Positions 1 to 10,520 of a stretch of 64,000 bases of DNA are shown here, in pieces (the first letter of the stretch is position 1; each line of letters begins with the position of its first letter). The stretch is from Arcobacteraceae bacterium. GTDB taxonomy: Bacteria > Campylobacterota > Campylobacteria > Campylobacterales > Arcobacteraceae. Made by a program: the position numbers and the translations under genes. The notes under the pieces were generated by a model that made no database searches, was not told the DNA's origin, and saw nothing but the letters and a program-made list of their open reading frames with translations. The stretch covers positions 2,240,001-2,304,000 of the forward strand of contig OY759974.1 in the NCBI GenBank assembly GCA_963662945.1, in the 5' to 3' direction.

Positions 1-1074
1 TGGAGTATCCAAATTGTTATAAATTTTATCTGTCGTTGCTTCATAACATATTGCATTTCGAAACTTTGTTCCTTTTATACTAAAAGTTGTTGGTATAGCT
101 GCTGTAACATAATCTTTTGCACCATTATAAAAAGTGTCATTTACCCAGTTTCTTAATTTTTCAGGAAGTGGTACAGCTTCGCCAAAAGGTACTAATACAA
201 CTTTATTTGCAACTTCTAAATGTCCATTTTGGAATAGATAAGATGAATTATACAAAAGATTGTCTTTTTCATAGAGTGAACCTGTAAGTATTGATATTTG
301 TTCTGAATATCGTAAAAGTTTATGGAGTAGTGTATTTTGATGATTTAAAATTAATGGAAAAGCTGTTTCTGGTAATACAATCAAGTCATTTTTATTTTTA
401 ATGGCAGTTTCTATTGCTTGAAAATTATTGTTTATAATCTCTTGTTTAAACTTTTTATCCCATTTATGTTCTTGTGGTATTTTGGTTTCATATTTGTATA
501 TTTTAATATTAGGCTGTTCAACAGAATTTTTAGTAATATGATACTTATTGATAAAGAAAAGTATAATAATAACAATAGCATAACATATAGGGATAGTTGT
601 TTTATATTTATCTTTATATTTTATAAAAAGTCCAGAGATAATAAGTATTACTAGAAATTCTATTTTTGAGGTACCAAGATAGCTATTTATAAATGGAAGT
701 TCTATTTTAAACCAATTAAATCCAAAAGGCTCTATATAACTTAATAAAAAGATATAGGATATTTTATAATATATATTATTGACTATTCCTATAAAATAGA
801 AAAGTATAGCATAGAGTAAACCTATACCTATTAGTACAAATGGTATCATAAAAGATAATTCATAATATATAAAACTGTAACTAAGCCACCAGAACCATAA
901 TATTCCTACAAAAAAACCACTGGCAAATAATTCTTTTTTATTTAGTTGAAATATAAGTAAAAATGCATAAAGTGCAAAGAGTGTATTTATAAGTTTTAGT
1001 GATAGACCAAAATATTCTAAATATACAAATAGCGTTAATAATATGGGTGTAAGGACTGATTTATATGTAAACAT
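1..1074 (-). CDS. lnt: Apolipoprotein N-acyltransferase (3' end runs off window)
   Basis: Not in ORF track; manual minus-strand translation from ATG at 1074 (MFTYKSVLTP...) gives hydrophobic N-half, KVVLVPFGE and RNAICYEA nitrilase-fold motifs. Confidence 0.9.
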   Translation of the reverse strand, partial: MFTYKSVLTPILLTLFVYLEYFGLSLKLINTLFALYAFLLIFQLNKKELFASGFFVGILWFWWLSYSFIYYELSFMIPFVLIGIGLLYAILFYFIGIVNNIYYKISYIFLLSYIEPFGFNWFKIELPFINSYLGTSKIEFLVILIISGLFIKYKDKYKTTIPICYAIVIIILFFINKYHITKNSVEQPNIKIYKYETKIPQEHKWDKKFKQEIINNNFQAIETAIKNKNDLIVLPETAFPLILNHQNTLLHKLLRYSEQISILTGSLYEKDNLLYNSSYLFQNGHLEVANKVVLVPFGEAVPLPEKLRNWVNDTFYNGAKDYVTAAIPTTFSIKGTKFRNAICYEATTDKIYNNLDTP

Positions 1075-1187
1075 AACTTTATTTTAGCATAATTTATAAA
1101 AAAACAATAAATTATTAAGTTTTTAAATATTAATTAATGTTAGTTTTGTTATGATTTGTCAAATTAAGACAAATAGGAGATTTAGGT

Positions 1188-1460
1188 ATGAACAAAAGTG
1201 AATTAATTGCAGCAGTTGCAGACAAAGCGGGTTTAACAAAAAAAGATGCTGGTGCAGCTTTAGAGGCTACATTAGAAACTATTACAGAAACATTAGCTAA
1301 AGGTGATTCAGTAGCTTTTATTGGTTTTGGTACTTTCAGCACATCTAAAAGAGCTGCTAGAGAAGGTGTTAATCCATCAACTGGTGCTAAAATTAAAATT
1401 GCAGAATCAACTGTTGCAAAATTTAAAGTTGGTGCTAAATTAAAAGAAGCAGTAAAATAG
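1188..1460 (+). CDS. hup: DNA-binding protein HU
   Basis: MNKSELI...GFGTF...R.GVNP.TG HU signature; SD AGGAG upstream. Confidence 0.97.
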   Translation: MNKSELIAAVADKAGLTKKDAGAALEATLETITETLAKGDSVAFIGFGTFSTSKRAAREGVNPSTGAKIKIAESTVAKFKVGAKLKEAVK

Positions 1461-1476
1461 TTTTATTATTTATTGT

Positions 1477-1511
1477 AAAAAAAAGGGAAGATGAAAATCT
1501 TCCCTTTTTTT
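1477..1511. terminator. Bidirectional intrinsic terminator between convergent hup and der
   Basis: A8-GGGAAGAT-GAAA-ATCTTCCC-T7. Confidence 0.9.
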
Positions 1512-1531
1512 ATTTCTCTGAAGAGTAGTGA

Positions 1532-3070
1532 CTAATCCTCATACTCTTCATCATAATATTCAAAATCACCATCCTCTTCTACAAAGTGAGGAAGTACATA
1601 ATCACTCGGAAGTTTAAATTCTTGATATGTAGCTTCAAATTGTTCTTGTTCTGCACTTCGTTCACCTCTACCACGTGCTACAACCCTTAATGGTACCCCT
1701 TCAAAATCAAAAGTATCTCTTAGGAAGTTAATTAAATATCTTTTATATGAAAAGTGCAGTAATTTTGGTTTATTCATAATTACAGCAATTGTTGGTGGGT
1801 TTGTATCAAACTGTGTTGCAAAATATATTCTCAATCGGTTACCATTTGGACTTGGAAGAGAATGTCTTCTTACTGCAAGTTCAATAGTTTTGTTAAGATC
1901 TGATGTTGAAATTCTTCTATGGTAGTTTTCAAATATAGTGAGAAGTTTTTCTTCTAGTTTTTTGATGTTTCTTCCTGTTTTAGCTGAAACTGCTATGATT
2001 GACGCATAGTATAAAAATTTAAATCTTCTTCTTATTTCTTCAACTATTTTCTCATAAGTATCCATATTCTCATCCCATTTATTTAGAACAATAATAGTAC
2101 CTAGTCCAAATTGATCAACAAGTCCAGATATCTTTTCATCTTGATCACTTAAAGGTTGTGAAGCATCTAAAACAACTAAAGCAATGTTTGCCTGAGCTAA
2201 CATATCTTCTGTTCTCATAAGAGCAAACTTTTCAATCCCTTGAATTTTCCCTCTTCTTCGTAATCCAGCTGTATCAATAAAAGTAATTTTTTTATCACCA
2301 ATTTCATAAGTTTCATCTACAGGGTCAATAGTTGTACCAGCTATTGGGCTTACAACTGATCTTTCCTCTCCAATGAGTGCATTTAAAATAGAACTTTTTC
2401 CAACATTTGGTTTTCCAATAATCGCAACTTTAATATGGTTTGGATCAATTTCAACTTTATCTTCTACCTCTACAGTAGGTTCTATTAAGTCCTCTAATTC
2501 CTCTTCGCTTAAGTGGCTTCTTCGTTCATCTTCAATTTCTTGAGCACTTGGAGGTAGTTTTTCATACAACCATTCAAAAAGTTTTTTTGTACCTCTGTTA
2601 TGAGAAACTGAGATTCCAAACATTTGATCTTCATTGATACCAAATTCATAAAAATCCCATAGTCTTTCTAATTCTTTATCATTATCAATTTTGTTTACAA
2701 CTAAAGCTAATTGTTTTCCTAAACCTTGTAATTCATAAAAAAGGTTTCTATCTTCATCATCAGGTATATTTTTACCATCAACCATATATAAAATTATGTC
2801 AGCTTCTTTAGCAGTTTCTATTGCTTTTCTTTTTACATTTGTAAAAATCTTAAATTCACTACCATCTTCCATAATCTCATTTTTTGATTTACTAATTCCA
2901 CCTGTGTCTAACATTAAAGCTTGTCGACCACTAATTTCGATTTCTCTTCTTCTTACATCTCTTGTTGTTCCAGATACATCACTAACTATTGCTACTTTTT
3001 TTCTAGCAAGTCTATTAAACAGTGAACTTTTTCCTACGTTTGGTTGTCCTATTAGGGCTATTTTTATCAT
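1532..3070 (-). CDS. der: Ribosome biogenesis GTPase Der/EngA
   Basis: Two tandem G domains (GQPNVGKS, GKPNVGKS, DTAG, NKxD) plus KH-like C-terminus. Confidence 0.97.
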   Translation of the reverse strand: MIKIALIGQPNVGKSSLFNRLARKKVAIVSDVSGTTRDVRRREIEISGRQALMLDTGGISKSKNEIMEDGSEFKIFTNVKRKAIETAKEADIILYMVDGKNIPDDEDRNLFYELQGLGKQLALVVNKIDNDKELERLWDFYEFGINEDQMFGISVSHNRGTKKLFEWLYEKLPPSAQEIEDERRSHLSEEELEDLIEPTVEVEDKVEIDPNHIKVAIIGKPNVGKSSILNALIGEERSVVSPIAGTTIDPVDETYEIGDKKITFIDTAGLRRRGKIQGIEKFALMRTEDMLAQANIALVVLDASQPLSDQDEKISGLVDQFGLGTIIVLNKWDENMDTYEKIVEEIRRRFKFLYYASIIAVSAKTGRNIKKLEEKLLTIFENYHRRISTSDLNKTIELAVRRHSLPSPNGNRLRIYFATQFDTNPPTIAVIMNKPKLLHFSYKRYLINFLRDTFDFEGVPLRVVARGRGERSAEQEQFEATYQEFKLPSDYVLPHFVEEDGDFEYYDEEYED

Positions 3071-3084
3071 ATATTGTTACCTTT

Positions 3085-4134
3085 TTATTCTACTAATTCA
3101 TTATTTGTTTCAATATGAAGTGTTTGTGTTGGAAAAGCAAAACTTGTTCCGTTTTTTTCTATTATTTTCATTATTTCAAGATATGTGGTTTCTCTTACTT
3201 TCATAAACTCACCCCAATTGATAGTTTTTGTGAAGTAATAACAAAAAATATTTAAACTACTTGAAGCAAATTCACTAAAATACACATGAATTGTTTCTTG
3301 ATGAATATCTTCATTGTTTTCTAACATAGTTTTAATATCTTTTATAATATTTTCTAGTACTTCACCTTTTGTACCATAAGTTACACCAATATTCATCATA
3401 ATTCTTCTTTTACCCATAGCCGACCAGTTTAGGATGGCACTATTAGCTAAAGTAGCATTTGGTACAGTTACAAGTGCTTGTGCAAAAGTTCTTACTTTTG
3501 TACTTCTTATTCCAATTGTTTCAATAGTACCTTCAACTTGAGGTGTTTTTATCCAATCACCTATTTTAAAAGGTCTATCCGTAAATATTACTAAAGAACC
3601 AAATAAGTTAGCAGCTGTATCTTTTGCTGCTAATGCAAATGCCATACCAACAAGACCAATTGATGCCAGAAATCCGCTTACATTGTATCCCCATTCTTGA
3701 AGAACTGCTATAAATCCAATTATAAATATAAAAAATCTAATTGATTTGATAATGAAATTTGCAACATCTGTGCTGATTTTATCACCAAATCTATTAGTGA
3801 TTTTATGAAGATTTGTAGATAAATTCGTAAGGATATTTAATATTCCCCAAAAAATAACTATTATAAATCCTGATCTTAAAATTTGATCTATCACTTGTTG
3901 GATATTATTATCAAAATGTAAAATACTTAATGCTAAATTTGCACCAAAAATAATAAACAAAAAATCTATAGGTTTCTCCACAGACTCCAGTAATTCATCA
4001 TCAAATTTTGTTGCTGTTTTTTTCACAATAGCATAAGAAATTTTTCTAAAAATCACTCTAAAAAATTGAAAGAATGAAAATATTAAAATGGCATAAATAT
4101 ATTTATCTGTACTTGGATTAAAAATCTCTATCAT
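3085..4134 (-). CDS. Small-conductance mechanosensitive channel (MscS family)
   Basis: TM helices, DRPFKIGDWI, IGIRSTK, FAFPTQT motifs. Confidence 0.92.
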   Translation of the reverse strand: MIEIFNPSTDKYIYAILIFSFFQFFRVIFRKISYAIVKKTATKFDDELLESVEKPIDFLFIIFGANLALSILHFDNNIQQVIDQILRSGFIIVIFWGILNILTNLSTNLHKITNRFGDKISTDVANFIIKSIRFFIFIIGFIAVLQEWGYNVSGFLASIGLVGMAFALAAKDTAANLFGSLVIFTDRPFKIGDWIKTPQVEGTIETIGIRSTKVRTFAQALVTVPNATLANSAILNWSAMGKRRIMMNIGVTYGTKGEVLENIIKDIKTMLENNEDIHQETIHVYFSEFASSSLNIFCYYFTKTINWGEFMKVRETTYLEIMKIIEKNGTSFAFPTQTLHIETNNELVE

Positions 4135-4196
4135 CTAAATCTAATTCTCCTTAATAATAATGCGATTTTAACTAAAATTGTATTAAAATCCCGATA

Positions 4197-5090
4197 ATGA
4201 ATAACATACAAGAACAAAACAATATAAATCTCGCTGTAAAATATATGCTTTTATCTTCTTTCCTTTTCGCTTTTACAGGAGGATTTGCAAAAGAACTTAG
4301 TGTTTATATGAGTTCTATTGAAGTTGTATTTTTTAGAAATTTAAGTGGTGTGATCATTATTTTATATGCCATTTATAAATCACCATTACGGCAAAAAGGG
4401 GGAAGACCTTTTTTACTTTTCGCTCGTGGTTTTATAGGTTTTACTGCACTTCTGATGTATTTTTATAATATAGCGAATATCCCTTTAGCTGAAGCAATTA
4501 CTTTTAGTAAAGTTTCTCCAATATTTACTGCAATATTTTCTTATCTTTTATTAAAGGAACGATTATCACTTCTTGCTTGGAGTGGAGTATTTGTAGGTTT
4601 TTTTGGTGTTTTATTTATTACAGGATTTGATATAACATCTTTAGATAAAACAGATTGGCTTGGTATTTTAAGTGGTGTGGGTGCTGGACTTGCTTATACT
4701 TCTATACGAGAGCTTAGAAAATATTATGATAATAAAGCAATAGTATTATCTTTTATGTTAGTTGGAACAATAGGGCCCATAGTATTAATGATAATTGGAG
4801 AATATTATACAAGTACGACTTTTGATTGGATGATAGCACCTTTTGTTATGCCATCAGGAATTGCTTGGTTTTATATAATTGGACTTGGGATATTTGCTAC
4901 ATTTTCTCAAATATATATGACGAAAGCATATTCTTTAGCACAAGGTGGAATTGTAGGAACTATTAGTTATACAAATATACTTTTTTCAATTATTATTGGT
5001 ATGTTTTTGGGTGATATGTTTCCAACATCAACAGTACTTATAGGTATTTGTTTTATAGTATTAAGTGGAATACTTGTAACAAAGAAGTGA
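4197..5090 (+). CDS. DMT/EamA family transporter
   Basis: About 10 TM helices, two EamA repeats (LLKERL motif). Confidence 0.88.
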   Translation: MNNIQEQNNINLAVKYMLLSSFLFAFTGGFAKELSVYMSSIEVVFFRNLSGVIIILYAIYKSPLRQKGGRPFLLFARGFIGFTALLMYFYNIANIPLAEAITFSKVSPIFTAIFSYLLLKERLSLLAWSGVFVGFFGVLFITGFDITSLDKTDWLGILSGVGAGLAYTSIRELRKYYDNKAIVLSFMLVGTIGPIVLMIIGEYYTSTTFDWMIAPFVMPSGIAWFYIIGLGIFATFSQIYMTKAYSLAQGGIVGTISYTNILFSIIIGMFLGDMFPTSTVLIGICFIVLSGILVTKK

Positions 5091-5142
5091 GATGTAAAAC
5101 TATATTAGATATAATTTACATATAAAATTTTGGGAGTGAGTA

Positions 5143-5520
5143 ATGAATTTAGATAAGGTAATTTCTGGTTTTTTTATCATTTTAGCTATGACATTGAATT
5201 TTGGTTTTTTTTATGGAGATGCTTTAGATATAAATATGCATAGTAAATATGAACTATTTGCAGCTATTATAGTAAATATTATTGCCACTGTATTAAAACT
5301 TGGTGATAAAACACAAATGGGTTCAGTTCTTATAGCTACGAGTTTAGTGGCAGATTTACAACTAATAGCGGCTGCTTCAATTTGGACTATATATGGTGTA
5401 GGTGGAACAATTGAACCAGAATTATTTGGTGTTATTATTTCATTAAGTGGTGGAGCATTATTGGCTAATATAACTTCCGTAATACTTTATATTGGTGATA
5501 CTTTAAAATCAAAACGTTAA
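5143..5520 (+). CDS. Small membrane protein (DUF6394-like) upstream of K+ channel
   Basis: 4 TM helices; resembles the conserved protein preceding TrkA-domain channels; family name from recall. Confidence 0.6.
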   Translation: MNLDKVISGFFIILAMTLNFGFFYGDALDINMHSKYELFAAIIVNIIATVLKLGDKTQMGSVLIATSLVADLQLIAAASIWTIYGVGGTIEPELFGVIISLSGGALLANITSVILYIGDTLKSKR

Positions 5521-5563
5521 TGTTAAAAATTATAAATTAAACATACAATAAAGATATAAAATT

Positions 5564-7261
5564 ATGAATAATAGCTCATTATGGATCATTTTACAAAGGA
5601 TGAGACTCCCTTTTACAATTATAGTTCTAACATATGCTATAGCTATGGTTGGATTACTTATGATTCCTGGCATAGATGACAAAGGCAATATTTATCATCT
5701 CTCTATTTTTGATGCTTTTTATTTTATATCTTACACTGCTACAACAATAGGATTTGGAGAAACGCCATATCCTTTTACTTATGCTCAAAAGATGTGGGTG
5801 TCTGCTTCAATATATCTTACTGTTTTAGGATGGTTTTATGGTATTGGTACATTAGTTTCACTTTTACAAGATAAATTATTTTTAAGTGAGATTGCTAGGG
5901 CAAAGTTTGTGCGATCTGTAAATCGTATCAAAGAAGATTTTGTTATTATCCTTGGATATAATGAAACTACAAGTGAAATTATTCGAAAGATGATTGATGA
6001 TAATATGAGAGTTGTTGTGATTGAAAAAGAACAGCAGAGAGTTGATTATCTTAATCTTGAAGGTTTTATCCCGCATGTACCAGTGCTAGTGGCTGATGTA
6101 CATAGTCCTATTTCTTTAGAATGTGCTGGTATTAAATCAATTCATTGTAAAGCTATCATTTCATTGTTTGAAAGCAATTTGTTGAATATGAGAGTAACTT
6201 TAGCTTCTCGAATACTTAATCCTCATCTGAAAATAGCAGTACGTTCTTCTACCGATATTGAAACAGCAAATTTACTTGATGCTGGTGCAAATATTGTTGA
6301 AAATCCTCTTGAAATCATCTCTTATCAAATAAAAATGGCATTAAATTCTCCTAGTTTATTTAAACTTGAAAATTGGCTTTATAATATTGATACTCTTGAT
6401 TGTAAAACTTTCTCAATACCTAAAGAAAAGATTATGATTTGTGGTTTTGGTAGGCTTGGTAAAAGTGTCTATAATATATTTACAAATAATGGAATACAAC
6501 CAGTTGTTATAGAGATCAATATGGATGTTGTAACAGAATCTATAGCCAAAGGTCTTGATACAATTGTGTGTGGAAATGCAGAAGATAGAATATTATTAGA
6601 AAAGTTAAATATCAAAGATATGAATTTAGTAATTGTAGCTACTAATGATGATACAACAAATCTTTCGATTGTTTCAACAATTAGAAGTGTAAATAGACAT
6701 ACAATGATAATTGCAAGAGAAAATGAGTTATCAGATTTTTCAATATTTTCGAATGCAAGAATTGATCATATATTTTTGCCATCAGAGATATTGATACATA
6801 AAACAACAAATGCTATTATTAATCCTTTAAGTGAGCAATTAATACGACATTTACAATCAAAAGATGAAGAATGGGGACAACAACTTTTATCAAAATTAAT
6901 CAAAAATATTAATATAAATCCAATAACATTTGAATTAAATATAAATAAAAATGAAGCAATAGAATTATTTCACTACCTTTCTAACAGTGAAAATAAAGTA
7001 ACATTAAATGATATAAGAAAATCAAGACGAGATAGAAATCAATTTAATAACATTGTACCATTATTAATAACAAGATGCGGGGAAGATATTCTACTTCCTT
7101 CTTGTGATATAGAGTTACAGATAGGAGATAGAATACTTTTAGCATGTGATGAAAACTCACAAGATGATGTAGAATATATTGTTAATAATGTATATGAATT
7201 TCATTATATTATGACAGGACAAGACAAAAATTATTTAAATAAATTTATCAGTAGGAGTTAA
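5564..7261 (+). CDS. Potassium channel with two RCK/TrkA-N domains
   Basis: Pore motif TATTIGFGE between TM helices; ILGYN and CGFGRLG NAD-binding motifs. Confidence 0.88.
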   Translation: MNNSSLWIILQRMRLPFTIIVLTYAIAMVGLLMIPGIDDKGNIYHLSIFDAFYFISYTATTIGFGETPYPFTYAQKMWVSASIYLTVLGWFYGIGTLVSLLQDKLFLSEIARAKFVRSVNRIKEDFVIILGYNETTSEIIRKMIDDNMRVVVIEKEQQRVDYLNLEGFIPHVPVLVADVHSPISLECAGIKSIHCKAIISLFESNLLNMRVTLASRILNPHLKIAVRSSTDIETANLLDAGANIVENPLEIISYQIKMALNSPSLFKLENWLYNIDTLDCKTFSIPKEKIMICGFGRLGKSVYNIFTNNGIQPVVIEINMDVVTESIAKGLDTIVCGNAEDRILLEKLNIKDMNLVIVATNDDTTNLSIVSTIRSVNRHTMIIARENELSDFSIFSNARIDHIFLPSEILIHKTTNAIINPLSEQLIRHLQSKDEEWGQQLLSKLIKNININPITFELNINKNEAIELFHYLSNSENKVTLNDIRKSRRDRNQFNNIVPLLITRCGEDILLPSCDIELQIGDRILLACDENSQDDVEYIVNNVYEFHYIMTGQDKNYLNKFISRS

Positions 7262-7262
7262 A

Positions 7263-8060
7263 ATGATAATACTAACGGGACCATGTGTAATAGAAAATAG
7301 AGATAATGTTATGAAAATAGCAGAACAGTTGGCAAAATTAAATGAAAACAAACGAATAGATTTTTACTTTAAAGCAAGTTTTGATAAGGCAAATCGTACA
7401 AGTATAGATAGTTTTAGAGGACCAGGACTTGATGAGGGATTAAAAATTCTTCAAGAGGTAAAAGATACTTTTGGGTATAAACTTGTAACAGATGTACATG
7501 AAACATATCAAGTAGCCCCAACTGCAGAAGTTTGTGATGTGGTTCAAATACCAGCTTTTTTATGTAGACAAACAGATTTACTAATAGCAGCTGGACAAAC
7601 AAATGCAAAAGTAAATATAAAAAAAGGGCAGTTTTTAGCAGCAGCTAGTATGAAACATCCTGTTGCAAAAGTACTTGCAACAAGAGGTGTTCATGAAGTA
7701 AATTATGAAAACAGTAAAGAACATGGTGTATGGCTTTGTGAAAGAGGAAATGTATTTGGATATGGTGCTTTAGTTGTAGATATGAAAAATCTTATAGCTA
7801 TGAGGGAGTATGCACCTGTTATATTTGATGCAACACACTCTGCACAAGTTCCTAGTACGGGTGAAACAACTGGTGGAAATAGTGCAATAGTTCCAAGTCT
7901 TGCTAAAGCTGCTGCAGCAGTTGGTGTGGATGGATTTTTCTTTGAAACACATTTTGATCCAAGTGTAGCATTAAGTGATGGACCAAATATGTTAAAAATT
8001 GATGATTTATATAAAACAATTGATGATATTTTTAAGATTCAGGACGTTTTGGGTTATTAA
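7263..8060 (+). CDS. kdsA: KDO-8-phosphate synthase
   Basis: GPCVIE, KASFDKANRTS, QIPAFLCRQT, KKGQF, SDGPN. Confidence 0.97.
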   Translation: MIILTGPCVIENRDNVMKIAEQLAKLNENKRIDFYFKASFDKANRTSIDSFRGPGLDEGLKILQEVKDTFGYKLVTDVHETYQVAPTAEVCDVVQIPAFLCRQTDLLIAAGQTNAKVNIKKGQFLAAASMKHPVAKVLATRGVHEVNYENSKEHGVWLCERGNVFGYGALVVDMKNLIAMREYAPVIFDATHSAQVPSTGETTGGNSAIVPSLAKAAAAVGVDGFFFETHFDPSVALSDGPNMLKIDDLYKTIDDIFKIQDVLGY

Positions 8061-8122
8061 TCAATTTTTCGATATAATCCATAACATTTAAGAAAATAGA
8101 ATACTAAAATTTGGGAGAAAAG

Positions 8123-8593
8123 ATGAATATAATAGAGGGTCAATTAAGACTAAAAGGTACTGAAAAAATCGCAATTATCAATGGTAGATTTAATCATATT
8201 ATTACAGATAGACTAGTTGAAGGTGCACAAGATGCATTTAAAAGACATGGTGGAAATGAAGAAAATCTAGACCTTATTTTAGTTCCAGGTGCATTTGAGA
8301 TACCATTTGCACTACAAAAAGCACTTAAAAGTGGAAAATATGATGCTATTTGTTGTGTTGGTGCTGTTATAAGAGGTGCTACGCCACACTTTGACTATAT
8401 ATCAGCAGAAGCTACAAAAGGAATTGCAAGTGCAACAATGCAACACAATATTCCTGTATCAAATGGAGTTCTTACAACAAATACAATAGAACAAGCAATT
8501 GAAAGAGCTGGAAGTAAAGTTGGAAACAAAGGTGCAGAAGCTATGGTAACTATTATTGAGATGTTAGATTTATATTCTCAAATGGATAAGTAA
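8123..8593 (+). CDS. ribH: 6,7-dimethyl-8-ribityllumazine synthase
   Basis: [25 protein letters not shown] 8123 follows SD GGAG (preferred to TTG 8111). Confidence 0.97.
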   Translation: MNIIEGQLRLKGTEKIAIINGRFNHIITDRLVEGAQDAFKRHGGNEENLDLILVPGAFEIPFALQKALKSGKYDAICCVGAVIRGATPHFDYISAEATKGIASATMQHNIPVSNGVLTTNTIEQAIERAGSKVGNKGAEAMVTIIEMLDLYSQMDK

Positions 8594-8596
8594 TTT

Positions 8597-8992
8597 ATGG
8601 CGACAAGAACACAAGCTAGAGAGTCAGTAATAGGGTTATTGTACGCTTATGATTTAGGAAATGAAGCTATTGCAAAGTTTTCTGATGAAATTTTAGAAGA
8701 TAAAAAAATAAGAAACAAACAAAAAGATTTTGCTTTAAATTTATTTAATGGAACCATTGAAAATTTACAAGTTGTAGATAAAGAGATAGAAGAACATTTA
8801 AAACAAAGAGAAATAAATGACGTAGGAAGTGTTGAAAAAGCTATTTTAAGACTTTCAATTTATGAGATACTTTTTAGTGATTTAGATAAGCCAATTGTTA
8901 TAAATGAAGCGATTGAGTTATCAAAAAGATTAGCAAGTGATAATGCACCAAAGTTTATCAATGGTGTACTTGATAGTATAGAGAAAAAATAG
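8597..8992 (+). CDS. nusB: Transcription antitermination factor NusB
   Basis: RTQARE, AILRL, INEAIEL, FINGVLD; follows ribH. Confidence 0.96.
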   Translation: MATRTQARESVIGLLYAYDLGNEAIAKFSDEILEDKKIRNKQKDFALNLFNGTIENLQVVDKEIEEHLKQREINDVGSVEKAILRLSIYEILFSDLDKPIVINEAIELSKRLASDNAPKFINGVLDSIEKK

Positions 8993-8993
8993 T

Positions 8994-9677
8994 ATGAAAC
9001 TTTGTATCGCATTAGATAACCATTCAAAAGAAGAAAATCTTGAATTAGCAAAAAAAATTCAAGAGTTTGATATATGGTTAAAAGTTGGTTTTAGAAGTTA
9101 TATTAGAGATGGTAAAGAGTTTTTAGAAGAGTTAAAATCTATTAATCCAAATTTTAAAATATTTTTAGATTTAAAACTTTATGATATCCCAAATACTATG
9201 GCAGATGCAGCAGAGGAAATCTGTAAATTACCTATTGATATGTTTAATGTTCATGCTTCAGCTGGTAAAGCTGCAATGTCTACAGTTATGGAAAGAATTA
9301 AAAATGTACAGAATAGACCACTGGTATTGGCTGTAACAGCACTTACAAGTTTTGATAACGAATCATTTGCTTATATTTACAATGAAGATATAGGTCAAAA
9401 AGCTACAAAATTTGCAAGAGATACTTTTGAAGCTGGACTTGATGGTGTTGTCTGTTCTGCTTTTGAAAGTTTAGATATTAAAAATAATACTTCAAGCAAT
9501 TTTGTTACACTTACTCCTGGTATTCGACCTTTTGGGGAAGATGCAGGGGATCAACAACGAGTAGCAGATATAAATCTTGCAAAAAAAGAATTAGTTGATT
9601 TTATCGTAGTTGGAAGACCAATTTATAAATCAAATAACCCAAAAGAAGTTGTAGAAAAGATTTTAAAAAACATCTAA
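8994..9677 (+). CDS. pyrF: Orotidine-5'-phosphate decarboxylase
   Basis: [26 protein letters not shown]. Confidence 0.96.
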   Translation: MKLCIALDNHSKEENLELAKKIQEFDIWLKVGFRSYIRDGKEFLEELKSINPNFKIFLDLKLYDIPNTMADAAEEICKLPIDMFNVHASAGKAAMSTVMERIKNVQNRPLVLAVTALTSFDNESFAYIYNEDIGQKATKFARDTFEAGLDGVVCSAFESLDIKNNTSSNFVTLTPGIRPFGEDAGDQQRVADINLAKKELVDFIVVGRPIYKSNNPKEVVEKILKNI

Positions 9678-9724
9678 TTTTTAAGGTGTTTTTTAATATA
9701 ACTTCACTATAATTTCATCTCTTA

Positions 9725-9814
9725 GGACGAGTGGGTGAGCGGCTGAAACCACATCCCTGCTAAGGATGCGTACTGGCAACGGTACCGAGAGTTCGAACCT
9801 CTCCTCGTCCGCCA
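9725..9814 (+). tRNA. tRNA-Ser(GCT)
   Basis: Acceptor GGACGAG/CTCGTCC, anticodon arm CATCC-CT-GCT-AA-GGATG, long variable arm, GTTCGAA T-loop, encoded CCA. Confidence 0.96.
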
Positions 9815-9959
9815 CTGTAAAAGCTTTATTCAAGGCTTTTTAAATCATCATTTTAATACTGTTCCACAATTAAATTGCAGTTTGTTTTAAACTATTAAAA
9901 TTAGATTTTCAATTTAAAAATATAATGAGAGTATTCATGATATTAAACATTTTAAATTC

Positions 9960-10316
9960 TTACTTTTTCTCTTTAAAATTTGAAATATAATCGGCAAGAA
10001 TTCTTATATCATCTTTGGACAAGTCTTTAATAATACCTGTCATTAAAGAACCAAATCTATGTCTATCTCTTTGACTTTTTTGATAAAGTGTTAGTGCCAT
10101 TTGCAGCTCTTTTTTATTATAGTATGCAATTACATCAGAGATATTTAATGCTGATTTTTCACCTTCTATACCATGACATCTTTGACATTTTTTTTGGAAA
10201 AGTATTTCTGCCTTTTCATTTTCTGCTTGTGTATTTGATACATCACTCTGAATTTTCACTTTGGTGTCACAACCACTGAAGATAACTATAAAGAGTAATA
10301 TTAGAATAAAATGCAT
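9960..10316 (-). CDS. Monoheme c-type cytochrome lipoprotein (c553-like)
   Basis: Lipobox FSGC, CQRCH heme motif, distal Met (GSLM). Confidence 0.8.
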   Translation of the reverse strand: MHFILILLFIVIFSGCDTKVKIQSDVSNTQAENEKAEILFQKKCQRCHGIEGEKSALNISDVIAYYNKKELQMALTLYQKSQRDRHRFGSLMTGIIKDLSKDDIRILADYISNFKEKK

Positions 10317-10520
10317 AACACCCTCCTGTCAAGTAATTTATTTTTAAAGATATCATATACACTATAAATATAAGGTAATATTTTTGAAGTAAATATTATT
10401 ACAATAAAATTATGGGAACAAAAATGTTTAAAAGATAGGGACAGCTATTAAGTGAATTAAAATATATCTGGTTAACTAAAGTTATTAGATATTTGAAAAA
10501 AGATAAGAAATGGAACAAGC

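Noticed and set aside
418-654. 78-aa plus-strand ORF and 70-aa ORF at 1130-1342
   Set aside because: Antisense shadows of lnt and hup
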